Made by a program: the position numbers and the translations under genes
Origin: a virus
Taxonomy: Duplodnaviria; Caudoviricetes
IMG/VR virus record: IMGVR_UViG_3300008448_000086
Coordinates: 1-59,195 of that record
Reading direction: 5' to 3' (one strand)
Length of the DNA: 59,195 bases
In this document: positions 11,201 to 20,165 of the stretch, piece after piece
Numbering within the stretch: position 1 is the first letter of the stretch
Layout: each line of letters starts with the position of its first letter
Notes under the pieces: generated by a model
What the model was told of the DNA's origin: nothing
The model's database searches: none
The model's input: only the letters and a program-made list of their open reading frames with translations

Positions 11201-14200
11201 GCTTCAGGAGACACACTACCGCCTTCTACATCTGTTAAAAGACGAGCTGTTTCTCTAAGTGCATTAACAAGTCCACTTGAAGAGAACTTGGCTCTTTTTT
11301 CTGAAAGATTTTTAGCCCACTCGCTGGTTACTGTTTCAATCTTATACTTGATAGCAGATATATATTCTTTGTAAGCATCATAGTTATAGTTTCCGTCATT
11401 ATAAATATCATCAAGTGCATTATTTAATGACAGCAGCTTTGATGGCTTGTTTTCTGCTAAATAATTTAAGTAATTATCAGTAAGATAATGATTCAGCATC
11501 CTTAAGAACTGATTATAAAGGTCTGTGCTTTTTATCTTGTTTCTTAAGTTAGATACAGGAGCAGCCTCTGTAACAGCCCCTCTTCCTAGTTCATAATCAG
11601 CCAATAACTTAGATACACTTACCCTTACGAATGGCTTGCCGTCTGTTTCTCCTCTGCTGCTTATTTTATCTTTAAAAACATCGGGGACTTGTGATTCGTT
11701 ATCGTAAGTAAATGTAACAATATTTCCAGCCTGCATGTCCCTAACCTGCTCTTCTAGCGTTGGCTTCCCGATTTCCTCTGCGCCCTCTGGAGCTTGCTGT
11801 GCTTTAGCCGTAACCACAGGAGACGCTAGCTCTTTTTTCATTTGAGCAATCCTGTTAGAAAGCGAACCTCTAACATCTTGTATCTTATCGGATACCATTT
11901 GGTCTATTGGCTTCGGAAGAGCTGCTCTTAACTCATCATATTTCTGCTGTAGCTGTGTTTGTTGTTCAGGAGTAAAAGCATTCGCCATGCTCTTCTTTTC
12001 TGCTATATTATCCATTGCAGACTGAAGACGCATAAGAGATTTAAGGTCTGATAAATCCAATGCACCTGTCTTAACTTTTTTATTAAGATTTGTAAGTGTA
12101 GTATTTAACTTATCAAACTCTGTTTTAGGCGCTTGAGTGTTTGGAGCTGTTATAGTATTTAGCACATTAAGCGCAGCGTCAATCTTTGTATTATCACCTT
12201 TAGCTATCTGTCTTAAATGCGTATTAAATAAGCTCAATTCTTCAAGCGTAGCATTACTCCTATCCCAATCATTTGGGCTTACTGACAGAATATTTGCTAT
12301 TTTAGGGATAAGTTCTCCTGTATATTCTGTTTTGGTTTTAGACTTTATCTTATTAATAAGTCTTCCCATATCATCTATCATCTTCCTTCTGTATCCTTTC
12401 TCTACGATAGCAGATATTTCTCTTGAAGCCTCATCCATTGATGCCTGAAGGTCTGGGCTTTTATCAAATACAACGCTCTGGATTTCTCCTACAATTTTAT
12501 TAACCTCGTTTGGCGTCAACTCCATTCCTCTGCCAAAAGCAGCGTTCATTGCTTTGAACATGTCTCTTAGAGAAGCCACCATCTTCTTTGAGTTATTAGA
12601 CAGCTGGCCTATACCTTTTATTTGGCTTGCTACAAGGATTGACATATATTTCCTTGCTGACATGTTCACCATTTCAGCTTCCAAAGGAGATATCTTTTCG
12701 GTTCTTGGGAAAGCAGCGTTAACAGCATCTCTAGCTATACCAGATGCCGCTTTAACAAGAGTTATAGATGGTATATTTACAGGATAGTTCCCTCTTGCAT
12801 ACATGGAATCTATCTTGTTTATAAGTTCAGAAAGTATGTTTTTATAAGCTTTAGTAGGAGTTGTCTTACCATCCTTCTTTGCTTTGTTTGCTTTAACTAT
12901 GTCATCGGCTATTTGCTGTGCTGCATCAACCAAAGACCTTACTTGTGGAGTAGCAAACATACCCATCACTTGAGCTTCAGTTTGCGCTGTTCTTTCTTGC
13001 CCTCTTAACTCATTAATCTTCTTATCAAGTTCCTGAGCAAGCACATTATCAGGCTCGATATCCTTTATACCAAATTCTCTTTTATTAGCATTTATATATT
13101 CTATAGCTTTACCAAATGCGCTATATGCCGCTTCATCAACATTGCCAAACCTATTCATCTCGGCAGCCATAATTCTATCGAGAAGTTCTTTTATTTTAGG
13201 CCTTACCCCTTTCTCGAAATCAGCTACTTTTCTGTTGTACGCTTTTTCAATTATTGATGTAACATTTGCTGTAACCTCATCTATGTTTTCTTCAGAGAAT
13301 GGCTTAGCAAATACCGCATCTTCCATCTCTTTCATTATCTTTCTAAACTCAGCATCTGTATATTTAAGGTCTTTCCCAAGCTTAGCGTTCATCGCCTTAA
13401 ATATGTCATTTACAGCTTTTCTTACAGCCTTAACATTTTCAAATATTTTAGCACCTGCTCTTGCCTGCTGTCTCATTAAGTCTGCTATGTACTTTCTTGT
13501 AGACATAGTAACTTGCTCCACTTCTTGAGCAGACATTTTTTTAGCACTAGGATATGCTGCATTAACAGCATCTCTAGCTATAGACTTAGTAAGTTCAATC
13601 ATTATTTGCGGAGATGCAGCTTCTGGCACTCCTCCAGCCTCGTACATTTTTTGTATAGCTTTTTGAACAGTAGAAAATACCTTCTGATAAGCTACTAATG
13701 ATGACTTTTCTGTATTTTTTAAGCTTTCTGCTACTCTATTTGCTATAGTAACAGCACCTTGTATTCTTGGATTTGAATAAATCTGATTTATCCTTGTTTG
13801 CCTTTGCTGTTCTTTTATCTGCTCATCCGTCATGCCGGCCATTACACCAACCTTCTCTATCTCAGCAACTTTTTTCATTGCATCAGTAACATCCTTCTCG
13901 GTGTAGTTGTTATCTGCTGCAACCTTCCTGATGGCATCCTGAAGAGCCATACCACCTTTCACTAAAGCCTTTAATGCCTTTACCATCGTCTGGATGGCAG
14001 CTAAAGGTATAACCCTTGTAGCATCACTAAGCTTACCTGAATTAAGTTCTTTCCCGATAGCCTTATCAATACCATCAAGAAAGTTAAATACCTTTTCAAG
14101 ATTTGTAGGCTCTTTAGTATCGGCTGTTAATAGCTCATCTACATTGACTGGAGCAGCTTCCGCTACGGGTGCAGCCTCTGCCGTTGGAGCAGCAGGTGCA

Positions 14201-17200
14201 GCAGGAGCAGTATAGCCGGTATCAGTAATCCATTGCTTAACCTTATCAACAACAGGTTGACCTAGTTGCCTTACAGCACGGTCTTCACCTTCTGTTACTT
14301 GCTGAGCTAGTTCGTCCATCAATTGAACCTCCTGACCAGGATTTATTGTCCTAGTATAGTTTTGCATGGCAGGAGTCTGCTCTGGAAGAGCTGTTATTTC
14401 TTGGACGGCTTGTTGCGCTTGGCTGCCGAAATTGCGATTGCGAGTATCTGGGCTTGGCTGCGCGGTCTCCCCGACTGCCCCTTCTGCTTGCCTTTCTTGA
14501 GGTTGTCCTTCTTGAGTTCCCGTAGGTTGTACGATATCGCTTGGTTGACCGACTTCTTGCTGCGGTCTTTCGCTGATTTGAGTGGCATCTTGTGGAATTT
14601 GAGTTTGAGTAATAGGAGTTGTTTCTGTTACAGGTGCTGCTTCAGCAGGAACTTGTCCTATAATTTCACCTGTATCTGATATAATATTTCTTTGTCTTGC
14701 AGGAGCTTCTGCCTTTACCTTATCTACCTCTGCATTAAGGCCTGCATCATCTGTATAAATCTTTACATTACCGGCAGCTACCTCTTCCTTCACTTCCGGT
14801 GTATTCATCACACTCTTTACCCCATCAGGAGTTGAAGTAAATACAACACCTGGCTGTATCTCGATGGTGGCAAGTGGCGTAGTTCCGTTGACTACACCTT
14901 CTATTTCCTTCTCCTTAGCTGCAATCTGCTTCTCAACAGCTTTTCTTGCAGATGGGTCCGTTACGTTATTCAGTGTATTTTTTAACTCGACAACCTCTTG
15001 ACTAAGAGATGCAAATATCTGCGTCTGCTGAGGATTCAATCCTATCTGCCTGGCTTCTTCGATAGTTTTAGCTACCGTCTGCACTTCCTTCATTCCTTCA
15101 CCAAGAGTCTCCTCATCCATATCATTTGCAAGGGCATCCAGTTGTACGCCTGCCATTGCAGCAGTTTCTCCATTTTTAATAATTGATGCAGCGACGGATT
15201 GTGTTCTTACACTTGGAATATTCTTTTTATCAAACAAGGCTTTGTACGAAGAAGACACGCCTAAGCTTGCACCCCCAAGGATACCACCAACTGCGCCTCC
15301 TTCAATAGCTGCATTCATAGCATCTTTTGAGAAGAAAGCCTGCGTAAAACCTAATTTAGCATCTGCTCCTGATGACAATTCAGATGCTGTCTGCCAAGCC
15401 TCTTCAAGAGCGTTAGATGCAATACCAGTCCCTATCTGCCCTAGTCTTTTAGACACGGGCGTTTTAGCTGCCTTAAGTCCTGACAAAGGAGCAAACATTC
15501 TCTGTACAAGTACCTCTGACAGAACAGTAGGGAAGTTCTTTATAAAAGATTCCTGACCTGCTGCTCTTGCAGCTTCCATATCACCTGTATTCTCTAGCAC
15601 TCTCTCCATTACACCACCGCTATTTTCAATGCTTTCTGAACCAAAAGCTATAATACCACCTATGTATGGATTTTTAGTTAGAGCTGTTGTAAGCATACCT
15701 GCTGCCATTGAAGGACCTGACTGAGCAATGGATTGCGCCCAGTACCCTGGCTTAAACCAATTCTGACCTAATGGAAGCTTTTCTATGGAGTAGTTAAGTT
15801 CTGCTGTCTTACCTGAATACTTCATGGCATCAATAGCATCAGCCTCAAGTCCAAGAGCATTTAATACAAGAGCTGTTTTACTCTTAAGTGAGCCAAGTGC
15901 CGACATGCCAGTTTCGGTAAGTATCTTACCAATAGCAGTTGTGCCAACCATGCCACTCATGCCACTCATATCAATGAGCGACTGAGCATAGCCTTTATTC
16001 TGTTCTTCTCTTGCCTTTGTTTTGCTGTCAATTATAGAGCCTATATCTTTTGTGAACTGGTCTACTTGAGCCTGATTAAGTCCTTTTAAATAGGTCTCTG
16101 CCTCTGCCTTAAACGCAACATCCATCTCCTTATTTATCCTCTTAACAGCATCATTTGTCTTTGATACTTCTATTTTAATGTCAGCAGCTATGCTGTCAGC
16201 TATCTGGTCGTATTTAGGATTTACGAACTGAGCATATTCTGTATCAAATATCTCTTTGGCTCTTCTTTCAAATGACTCCTGAAGTGCCGGCTGATAGATT
16301 CCTGTAATTCCTTCAAGCTGCTTCATTGCCTTATCTTGTGCAGCAGCCCAATAGAAGTTAGCGTCAACAGAAGCGTCTGAAATAGCCGAAGAATACTTTT
16401 CCTGTATCTTCCTTACCTTTTCTTGCAGAAGCCTCTCTTCTGTCTCTATTTGCCCTTTAAATCTATTTTTGACATCCGTTTGCTTACTTAACAAGAATGC
16501 TTTCTGTTGAGCTTCAGTACTACCTCCTGTCATCTTCTTGGCTATATCATCTCTTCCTTGAAAAGTAGAAAGAATAGTATTTAAATTTTGCTTATCGCCT
16601 ACCTTACTCCATAAAAATGTTTTCAGGTATCTTCCTGCATTGATTCCTTGTGCAGAAATAGCCTCATCCATATCCTTCCTCAACAACCCTTCGTCGATAT
16701 ATTCTACGCCTGCTGTATTCTTCTTGATGTACTTTTCTACGTTACCTCCGAACTTTATGATATCATCAAAGCTACCAAACAGATAATCTGATATTTTATC
16801 AGGTACTTTGTTTTTTACTAAATCATTGATTACGCTGTTCTTCTGTATTAATGCCTTCTGCTCATTATTTGCAAGCTCGGATTTGAATTGCTCGGTCTCT
16901 GCTTGACTACCAAATGCAGCAGGAGTTTCCCTAAAGAAACTTCCTTGCGTAGAAACAGATAATCTTTTATTTGCCTTATTAGTTTTTGCTATTGTCGCAT
17001 GCTGTTCAAATGCCATTTCGGCTCCTGACAAATCACCTATTTCAAGCTTCTTTGCTTTCTTGGTCGGTAATACCTGTTGTTGCTTCTTAGGCTTTATAGG
17101 CTCTGTAATAGCTGATATATCCCCAAACTTAGGTTGCTGAGGAACTATCGCAGGAGCTGGAGTAACAGTTTGATTTGTTTTAGGAACAGGTTCTTGAAGT

Positions 17201-17256
17201 CCATCCAATTGCTGCTCCTGACCTAGTTGTTCTTGGGTGAGTTGTTGTTCTGCCAT
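8266..17256 (-). CDS. Giant internal virion (ejection) protein, 2996 aa
   Basis: Helical A/K/E/Q-rich; hydrophobic GxxxG segments; last of three internal-protein genes after the nozzle gene; own TATATTTG box at 17268-17261. Confidence 0.75.
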   Translation of the reverse strand: MAEQQLTQEQLGQEQQLDGLQEPVPKTNQTVTPAPAIVPQQPKFGDISAITEPIKPKKQQQVLPTKKAKKLEIGDLSGAEMAFEQHATIAKTNKANKRLSVSTQGSFFRETPAAFGSQAETEQFKSELANNEQKALIQKNSVINDLVKNKVPDKISDYLFGSFDDIIKFGGNVEKYIKKNTAGVEYIDEGLLRKDMDEAISAQGINAGRYLKTFLWSKVGDKQNLNTILSTFQGRDDIAKKMTGGSTEAQQKAFLLSKQTDVKNRFKGQIETEERLLQEKVRKIQEKYSSAISDASVDANFYWAAAQDKAMKQLEGITGIYQPALQESFERRAKEIFDTEYAQFVNPKYDQIADSIAADIKIEVSKTNDAVKRINKEMDVAFKAEAETYLKGLNQAQVDQFTKDIGSIIDSKTKAREEQNKGYAQSLIDMSGMSGMVGTTAIGKILTETGMSALGSLKSKTALVLNALGLEADAIDAMKYSGKTAELNYSIEKLPLGQNWFKPGYWAQSIAQSGPSMAAGMLTTALTKNPYIGGIIAFGSESIENSGGVMERVLENTGDMEAARAAGQESFIKNFPTVLSEVLVQRMFAPLSGLKAAKTPVSKRLGQIGTGIASNALEEAWQTASELSSGADAKLGFTQAFFSKDAMNAAIEGGAVGGILGGASLGVSSSYKALFDKKNIPSVRTQSVAASIIKNGETAAMAGVQLDALANDMDEETLGEGMKEVQTVAKTIEEARQIGLNPQQTQIFASLSQEVVELKNTLNNVTDPSARKAVEKQIAAKEKEIEGVVNGTTPLATIEIQPGVVFTSTPDGVKSVMNTPEVKEEVAAGNVKIYTDDAGLNAEVDKVKAEAPARQRNIISDTGEIIGQVPAEAAPVTETTPITQTQIPQDATQISERPQQEVGQPSDIVQPTGTQEGQPQERQAEGAVGETAQPSPDTRNRNFGSQAQQAVQEITALPEQTPAMQNYTRTINPGQEVQLMDELAQQVTEGEDRAVRQLGQPVVDKVKQWITDTGYTAPAAPAAPTAEAAPVAEAAPVNVDELLTADTKEPTNLEKVFNFLDGIDKAIGKELNSGKLSDATRVIPLAAIQTMVKALKALVKGGMALQDAIRKVAADNNYTEKDVTDAMKKVAEIEKVGVMAGMTDEQIKEQQRQTRINQIYSNPRIQGAVTIANRVAESLKNTEKSSLVAYQKVFSTVQKAIQKMYEAGGVPEAASPQIMIELTKSIARDAVNAAYPSAKKMSAQEVEQVTMSTRKYIADLMRQQARAGAKIFENVKAVRKAVNDIFKAMNAKLGKDLKYTDAEFRKIMKEMEDAVFAKPFSEENIDEVTANVTSIIEKAYNRKVADFEKGVRPKIKELLDRIMAAEMNRFGNVDEAAYSAFGKAIEYINANKREFGIKDIEPDNVLAQELDKKINELRGQERTAQTEAQVMGMFATPQVRSLVDAAQQIADDIVKANKAKKDGKTTPTKAYKNILSELINKIDSMYARGNYPVNIPSITLVKAASGIARDAVNAAFPRTEKISPLEAEMVNMSARKYMSILVASQIKGIGQLSNNSKKMVASLRDMFKAMNAAFGRGMELTPNEVNKIVGEIQSVVFDKSPDLQASMDEASREISAIVEKGYRRKMIDDMGRLINKIKSKTKTEYTGELIPKIANILSVSPNDWDRSNATLEELSLFNTHLRQIAKGDNTKIDAALNVLNTITAPNTQAPKTEFDKLNTTLTNLNKKVKTGALDLSDLKSLMRLQSAMDNIAEKKSMANAFTPEQQTQLQQKYDELRAALPKPIDQMVSDKIQDVRGSLSNRIAQMKKELASPVVTAKAQQAPEGAEEIGKPTLEEQVRDMQAGNIVTFTYDNESQVPDVFKDKISSRGETDGKPFVRVSVSKLLADYELGRGAVTEAAPVSNLRNKIKSTDLYNQFLRMLNHYLTDNYLNYLAENKPSKLLSLNNALDDIYNDGNYNYDAYKEYISAIKYKIETVTSEWAKNLSEKRAKFSSSGLVNALRETARLLTDVEGGSVSPEAIKNNLATLRIHQLDVELAGIEKDEFDMGMLERDIFGPMSGHQEAAMNKTQPKLEQLRSAMLAFADNSNHKAIKKAIAAVSSKYGAGLDLLFAKLKELTKRGYQARLLHDISVRMTTIIANQIDDISNLAEGETPIDVVLQRNIIGVKTDENGRPIFSDKTMAEHYKSPGTYKADVEQNYDNLVNTIAYAALTNNGTTTLAGLNEGQLMALLSPKQKEGLNIWRQVINETEGLTEAAMVISGNLKGFLKNYFPRRVRQDKAVTEITDTENYLNGGFEYGGLANGMLQSRRGNVGALDLDGNRVLFNNIKSLYLLAEVKPYLDYIKGINEAAKKAEADGDLFAARYLQGIELYATERLNANLLKNEKSLSDSYGTMFKALSGIQSFTAKSYLISVIRQFALEYPVNILKTASALASANREMPGQTWRLIDPRNLAYRTPKGKFEWKDYMKVVQFTGSQIARTMNLYPDNYIYEYSKSTEQLQREQKLIGWQDIRPKKLAWMIRFETAFKRLTGEDFDHKAFEDERGIYRALNLATVEKASSVADSFVDKQYGLSSFTRDPLRINPGMVPTIGIVAGTLIGGPVGTAVAVGTGATGGFLSRGVRNLLNRIFKTDRAWFTIKKDDVTALVTGFLQGYAGVQHSAFMSNIKEAFSLNSRLSFKDRAIKLNSAVFEQLIPIIQYTLTRKYTGLLFVTATGVIMLAGEEEDKEDVRKKALNPKFWERQLYKMKQMFKEQKDNIYRDLTGAALSVSLDPQTSYGIKMAGGFALFNLWKEDAVAKLAEKGLTKKEIEERKRKIKEVESVWFDVYNIRPIDIIHGEDYATALDRHYYTGEATKDWEETAATITASSELVQLVSFAKTWNELRKEAVENKEIDKDELYTAAALKAYSIIFNLKILGGKYGYALSMMTGDARKWSNMMLKDIEAKQRQFEREMQKKKKKGGGYGGGAGALGTGGFEGGAGALGTGGLGGGAGALGDGGF
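8272..8390. repeat. Three Gly-rich repeats (GGAGALG[T/D]GG) at C-terminus of the giant protein
   Basis: cctaaagctcctgctcc occurs three times. Confidence 0.85.
14394..14588 (-). CDS. Small basic protein overprinted in an alternative frame inside the giant gene (MPLK..QAIAIA type, DUF6496-like)
   Basis: MPLKSAKDRSKKSVNQAISYNLREL...QAQILAIAISAAKR resembles a stand-alone small phage protein family; A/C-rich leader with A at -3. Confidence 0.7.
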   Translation of the reverse strand: MPLKSAKDRSKKSVNQAISYNLRELKKDNLKKGKQKGQSGRPRSQAQILAIAISAAKRNKPSKK

Positions 17257-17289
17257 GTGTCAAATATACTAATATTTGTAAATGATAGG

Positions 17290-17755
17290 TATGTATTATG
17301 TCAACAGATATGAGGGTATTTTCCCTGCACTTAGTAGTGCGGCTTCAAAAAAGCGTGAGTCATTGCTTTTTAGCTCATCCAACCAAAGATTCCCGACCCC
17401 TGTTACTCCAATACTAACCTCTTATATCCTGGCTGATTAGTATCAGTAATTTATTATCGGAGGAATAGTTTTTTGCCAAGATTAAATCACGTGCAGGTAC
17501 TCGGTGTCAACCCTAAGACAGAGCGAGATATTTACTATTCCCATGCCTAACAGTCCTATCACAACCTAAACCTCAAACCAACTGTTAGTTACCTTTATGG
17601 ATGTATTTCATTGTACTCATGTGGGTGAAATACGGAAAAGACCACAATTAAAAAACCCTTGCAGATTACGGCTACAAGGGCTAATTTAAAAGGGTCTTAT
17701 CCTTAAAGATTAACCCGAATATGTACCGTAATTACCTATTCGGATTTTCTAACAG
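17290..17755 (-). ncRNA. Putative structured non-coding RNA with leader hairpin and terminator switch
   Basis: No ORF; many stems (ggaatagt/actattcc, ctaacagt/actgttag, gtatttca/tgaaatac, atactaa/ttagtat); consensus promoter immediately upstream. Confidence 0.55.
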
Positions 17756-17787
17756 CAAATCTAAGGAGGACTTTTCAATCCTCCAAA
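17756..17787 (-). promoter_or_regulatory. Bacteroidota sigma70 promoter TTTG-N20-TAGATTTG
   Basis: Exact -33/-7 consensus; overlapped by a ggagga/tcctcc inverted repeat. Confidence 0.75.
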
Positions 17788-17803
17788 TATTTGTTTATTT
17801 ATT

Positions 17804-19384
17804 TTAGAAATTCATTATAAATGAATTCTCAGCTTCTTGGATGGCTGTCTTTTCCCCCATAGCAGCATTAATAGCTTTAAGTGATTCTGGGCTTGTTTGA
17901 GCTTGTTTAGCTAAATTAATAACATTTATAACTCTTGATTCTAATCCAGGCTTATCAGGAGATAGGTCAAATATTTGTATTGCTCTTTGAAACCATAAAC
18001 CTGTTTGAGGGTCTTGCCAAATACCTTCTTGGTCTGTTCCTGTAAAAGACTTAGGGTCTATAACATTTAATGCTTTGCCTTTTGTTTTCTTAGCAAACTT
18101 TTTTGCATCATCTATTTCTGTTATAATAGCAAATCCTTTGCCATCATCAGCAGGTTTTTTAATAGGAATATTAGTAAGCAATTTAGCTTGTTTTGTATTT
18201 TGGTCTACCTGAAGCCATGCAGGTGTAGCAGAGGAAATAGTCTGATTACCAACATTAATCATAGGATTTACAACATCCATAATTGCTCTTGCGTTGAAGT
18301 TTGGAGAACTTAAATTCTGCGCAATCCATTTATAAACAGGCTGTCCTTGAGTCTTTTGCTTTTGATTCTGCCACCAAGCACTAAACCTTCTTTGAGACTG
18401 AATCATATTACCTACAGAAGTATCGAAATCCTCCTTAATCTGCATAGGCAATGTATTCTTCAAAGCCTTATATGCGCCATATTCAAACCCATTGCTTATA
18501 CCTGCTGTTTTATCGCTCTCATCAATAGTAACCTTCTCCTTTATGCCAGCAGCCTCGTAAACCTTGTTAAATGTCCTAAATTCAGCATTAACACGGTCCT
18601 TCTGCTCAGGTGTAAGAGACTCCCATTCCCTGTTTAACTTATCAGTAGCATCCCTTTCCTTGTTCCTAAATGTACCTGCGTACATATCAATAACAGCTCC
18701 AGGTCTTCTCATCTGTATTGTTTTAGATTGAATAACAGGAGCGCCAAGGTTATATCCGGCTAACTTAGTTACGAACTGGTTAGTTTCTACATCTACCTTA
18801 TCTACGCTTTCAATGTTCTTCTGTAGCTCTACCTCATCGAATTTAGAATACTTTTCAAGCTCAGGAAGGTCTATTTCGTCAATACCTATTTCCCTTCCAT
18901 TGGCAAGTTTCTTTTTAAATCTTGACCTATTAGGGTCGTCTAACGCAAGTCTCTGAAGTCTTACAATTTCTATTGAATCATCAGACATCTTTTCTTTATC
19001 TGAGTTAACAGAAGCGTAAGTATCAAATCTAAGCTGTTTCTCTTTCTCGTTTTTAGACCTTTGTGTCTCGTACAGAAAGTTAGCTTTCAACTCATTAAAG
19101 TTCTTGTATTCTTCAGTTCCAGGTTGTAGCCTACCGCTATTCTGAGAATAGTAATTAGTTACATCATTATACAGCCTATTAAGATAAGGAAGGTCTTGAG
19201 TTCTACCTCCTGCCCTTGCTGCTGAAAGTTCTGAAATAGCCTTATCTGCTTCTTTTTTAGCCTCTGCCTGAACTTTTCTACGCTGAGCCTCTTGAGACAT
19301 TATTGTTCTGTATGTTTTGCTCATATCAAACACCTGAGCTTCGTATGCGCCTACTGCTGCTGGTTCCGGTCTAATTAATGACAT
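17804..19384 (-). CDS. Internal virion (ejection) protein, 526 aa
   Basis: Helical charged ORF between the nozzle-linked small ejection gene and the giant gene. Confidence 0.6.
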   Translation of the reverse strand: MSLIRPEPAAVGAYEAQVFDMSKTYRTIMSQEAQRRKVQAEAKKEADKAISELSAARAGGRTQDLPYLNRLYNDVTNYYSQNSGRLQPGTEEYKNFNELKANFLYETQRSKNEKEKQLRFDTYASVNSDKEKMSDDSIEIVRLQRLALDDPNRSRFKKKLANGREIGIDEIDLPELEKYSKFDEVELQKNIESVDKVDVETNQFVTKLAGYNLGAPVIQSKTIQMRRPGAVIDMYAGTFRNKERDATDKLNREWESLTPEQKDRVNAEFRTFNKVYEAAGIKEKVTIDESDKTAGISNGFEYGAYKALKNTLPMQIKEDFDTSVGNMIQSQRRFSAWWQNQKQKTQGQPVYKWIAQNLSSPNFNARAIMDVVNPMINVGNQTISSATPAWLQVDQNTKQAKLLTNIPIKKPADDGKGFAIITEIDDAKKFAKKTKGKALNVIDPKSFTGTDQEGIWQDPQTGLWFQRAIQIFDLSPDKPGLESRVINVINLAKQAQTSPESLKAINAAMGEKTAIQEAENSFIMNF

Positions 19385-19399
19385 GTTATTTTAGTTTGT

Positions 19400-20164
19400 T
19401 TATCTATTGCGTAAAATATTGCTATTAAATGCTTGAGGTCCTCTGTATAGAGACAACGACGAAGGGCTTAAATTATATGTCTGAGACTGAAATAAAGGTT
19501 GAGTAGGCCCTGATAAAAATCTAGCATTAGGATTAAATCCAACTGTTTGAGTCCCAGTTGTATTTGTTCCTACTCCACCTCCTAGCCCACCCATTGCAGC
19601 AATTGAGCCCATAAAATCAAAACCTCTAAACATATTTTGAAACCCTGCGCCAACTCTTGCTCTTCTTTGTAATTCTAAGTTTTGAAGTCTTTGGCTTTCT
19701 GTTTGAAATTCTATGTCTTTTCTTCTTCCAAAATTTTCTAATGCCTGTATCCCTAGCAATCTATTTCTTTGCCTAATCGCTGCATCTTGAGCAGCAATAG
19801 CCAAAGATGACCTATCCATTTGCGCCTGAATATTCCCAAGAGTAGCTAATCCCCCTCTTCTATCTTGAGACCCCCTTAATGAAAAAATTGCAGCTTGTTG
19901 CGCAGCTTGTTCAGCCATCCTTTTCGATGACTCATCCATTCCTTGTCTACTTAAATCCATAGACTCCTGAAAAGCTTGGTCGTATTCTTTTGGCCTTTCG
20001 TATGGCTTTTGCTCTACTTTAGGTCCAGCTGTTAATGCCTGAATGCCACCAAATAGAGCTTGTGCGCCACCGGCAATAAGGCCTATTCCTAAAGGGCCTA
20101 TTGCTTCAATCATCCCATCGCTAATGGGCATTATCTTAATAAAATGTAGTATAAATCCTAGCAT
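19400..20164 (-). CDS. Small internal virion (ejection/pilot) protein
   Basis: G/A-rich hydrophobic N-terminus, Q/A-rich coiled coil; true start may be ATG 20131. Confidence 0.65.
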   Translation of the reverse strand: MLGFILHFIKIMPISDGMIEAIGPLGIGLIAGGAQALFGGIQALTAGPKVEQKPYERPKEYDQAFQESMDLSRQGMDESSKRMAEQAAQQAAIFSLRGSQDRRGGLATLGNIQAQMDRSSLAIAAQDAAIRQRNRLLGIQALENFGRRKDIEFQTESQRLQNLELQRRARVGAGFQNMFRGFDFMGSIAAMGGLGGGVGTNTTGTQTVGFNPNARFLSGPTQPLFQSQTYNLSPSSLSLYRGPQAFNSNILRNR

Positions 20165-20165
20165 A

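Noticed and set aside
8266-17256. Virion RNA polymerase as in crAss-like or N4-like phages
   Set aside because: I found no DxDxD-type two-barrel catalytic motif or single-subunit RNAP motifs; host-type promoters are used on both arms
17290-17755. Group I intron joining the two ejection genes
   Set aside because: Upstream ORF has a stop, downstream ORF has its own promoter and ATG, and no P7 R/S core is recognisable
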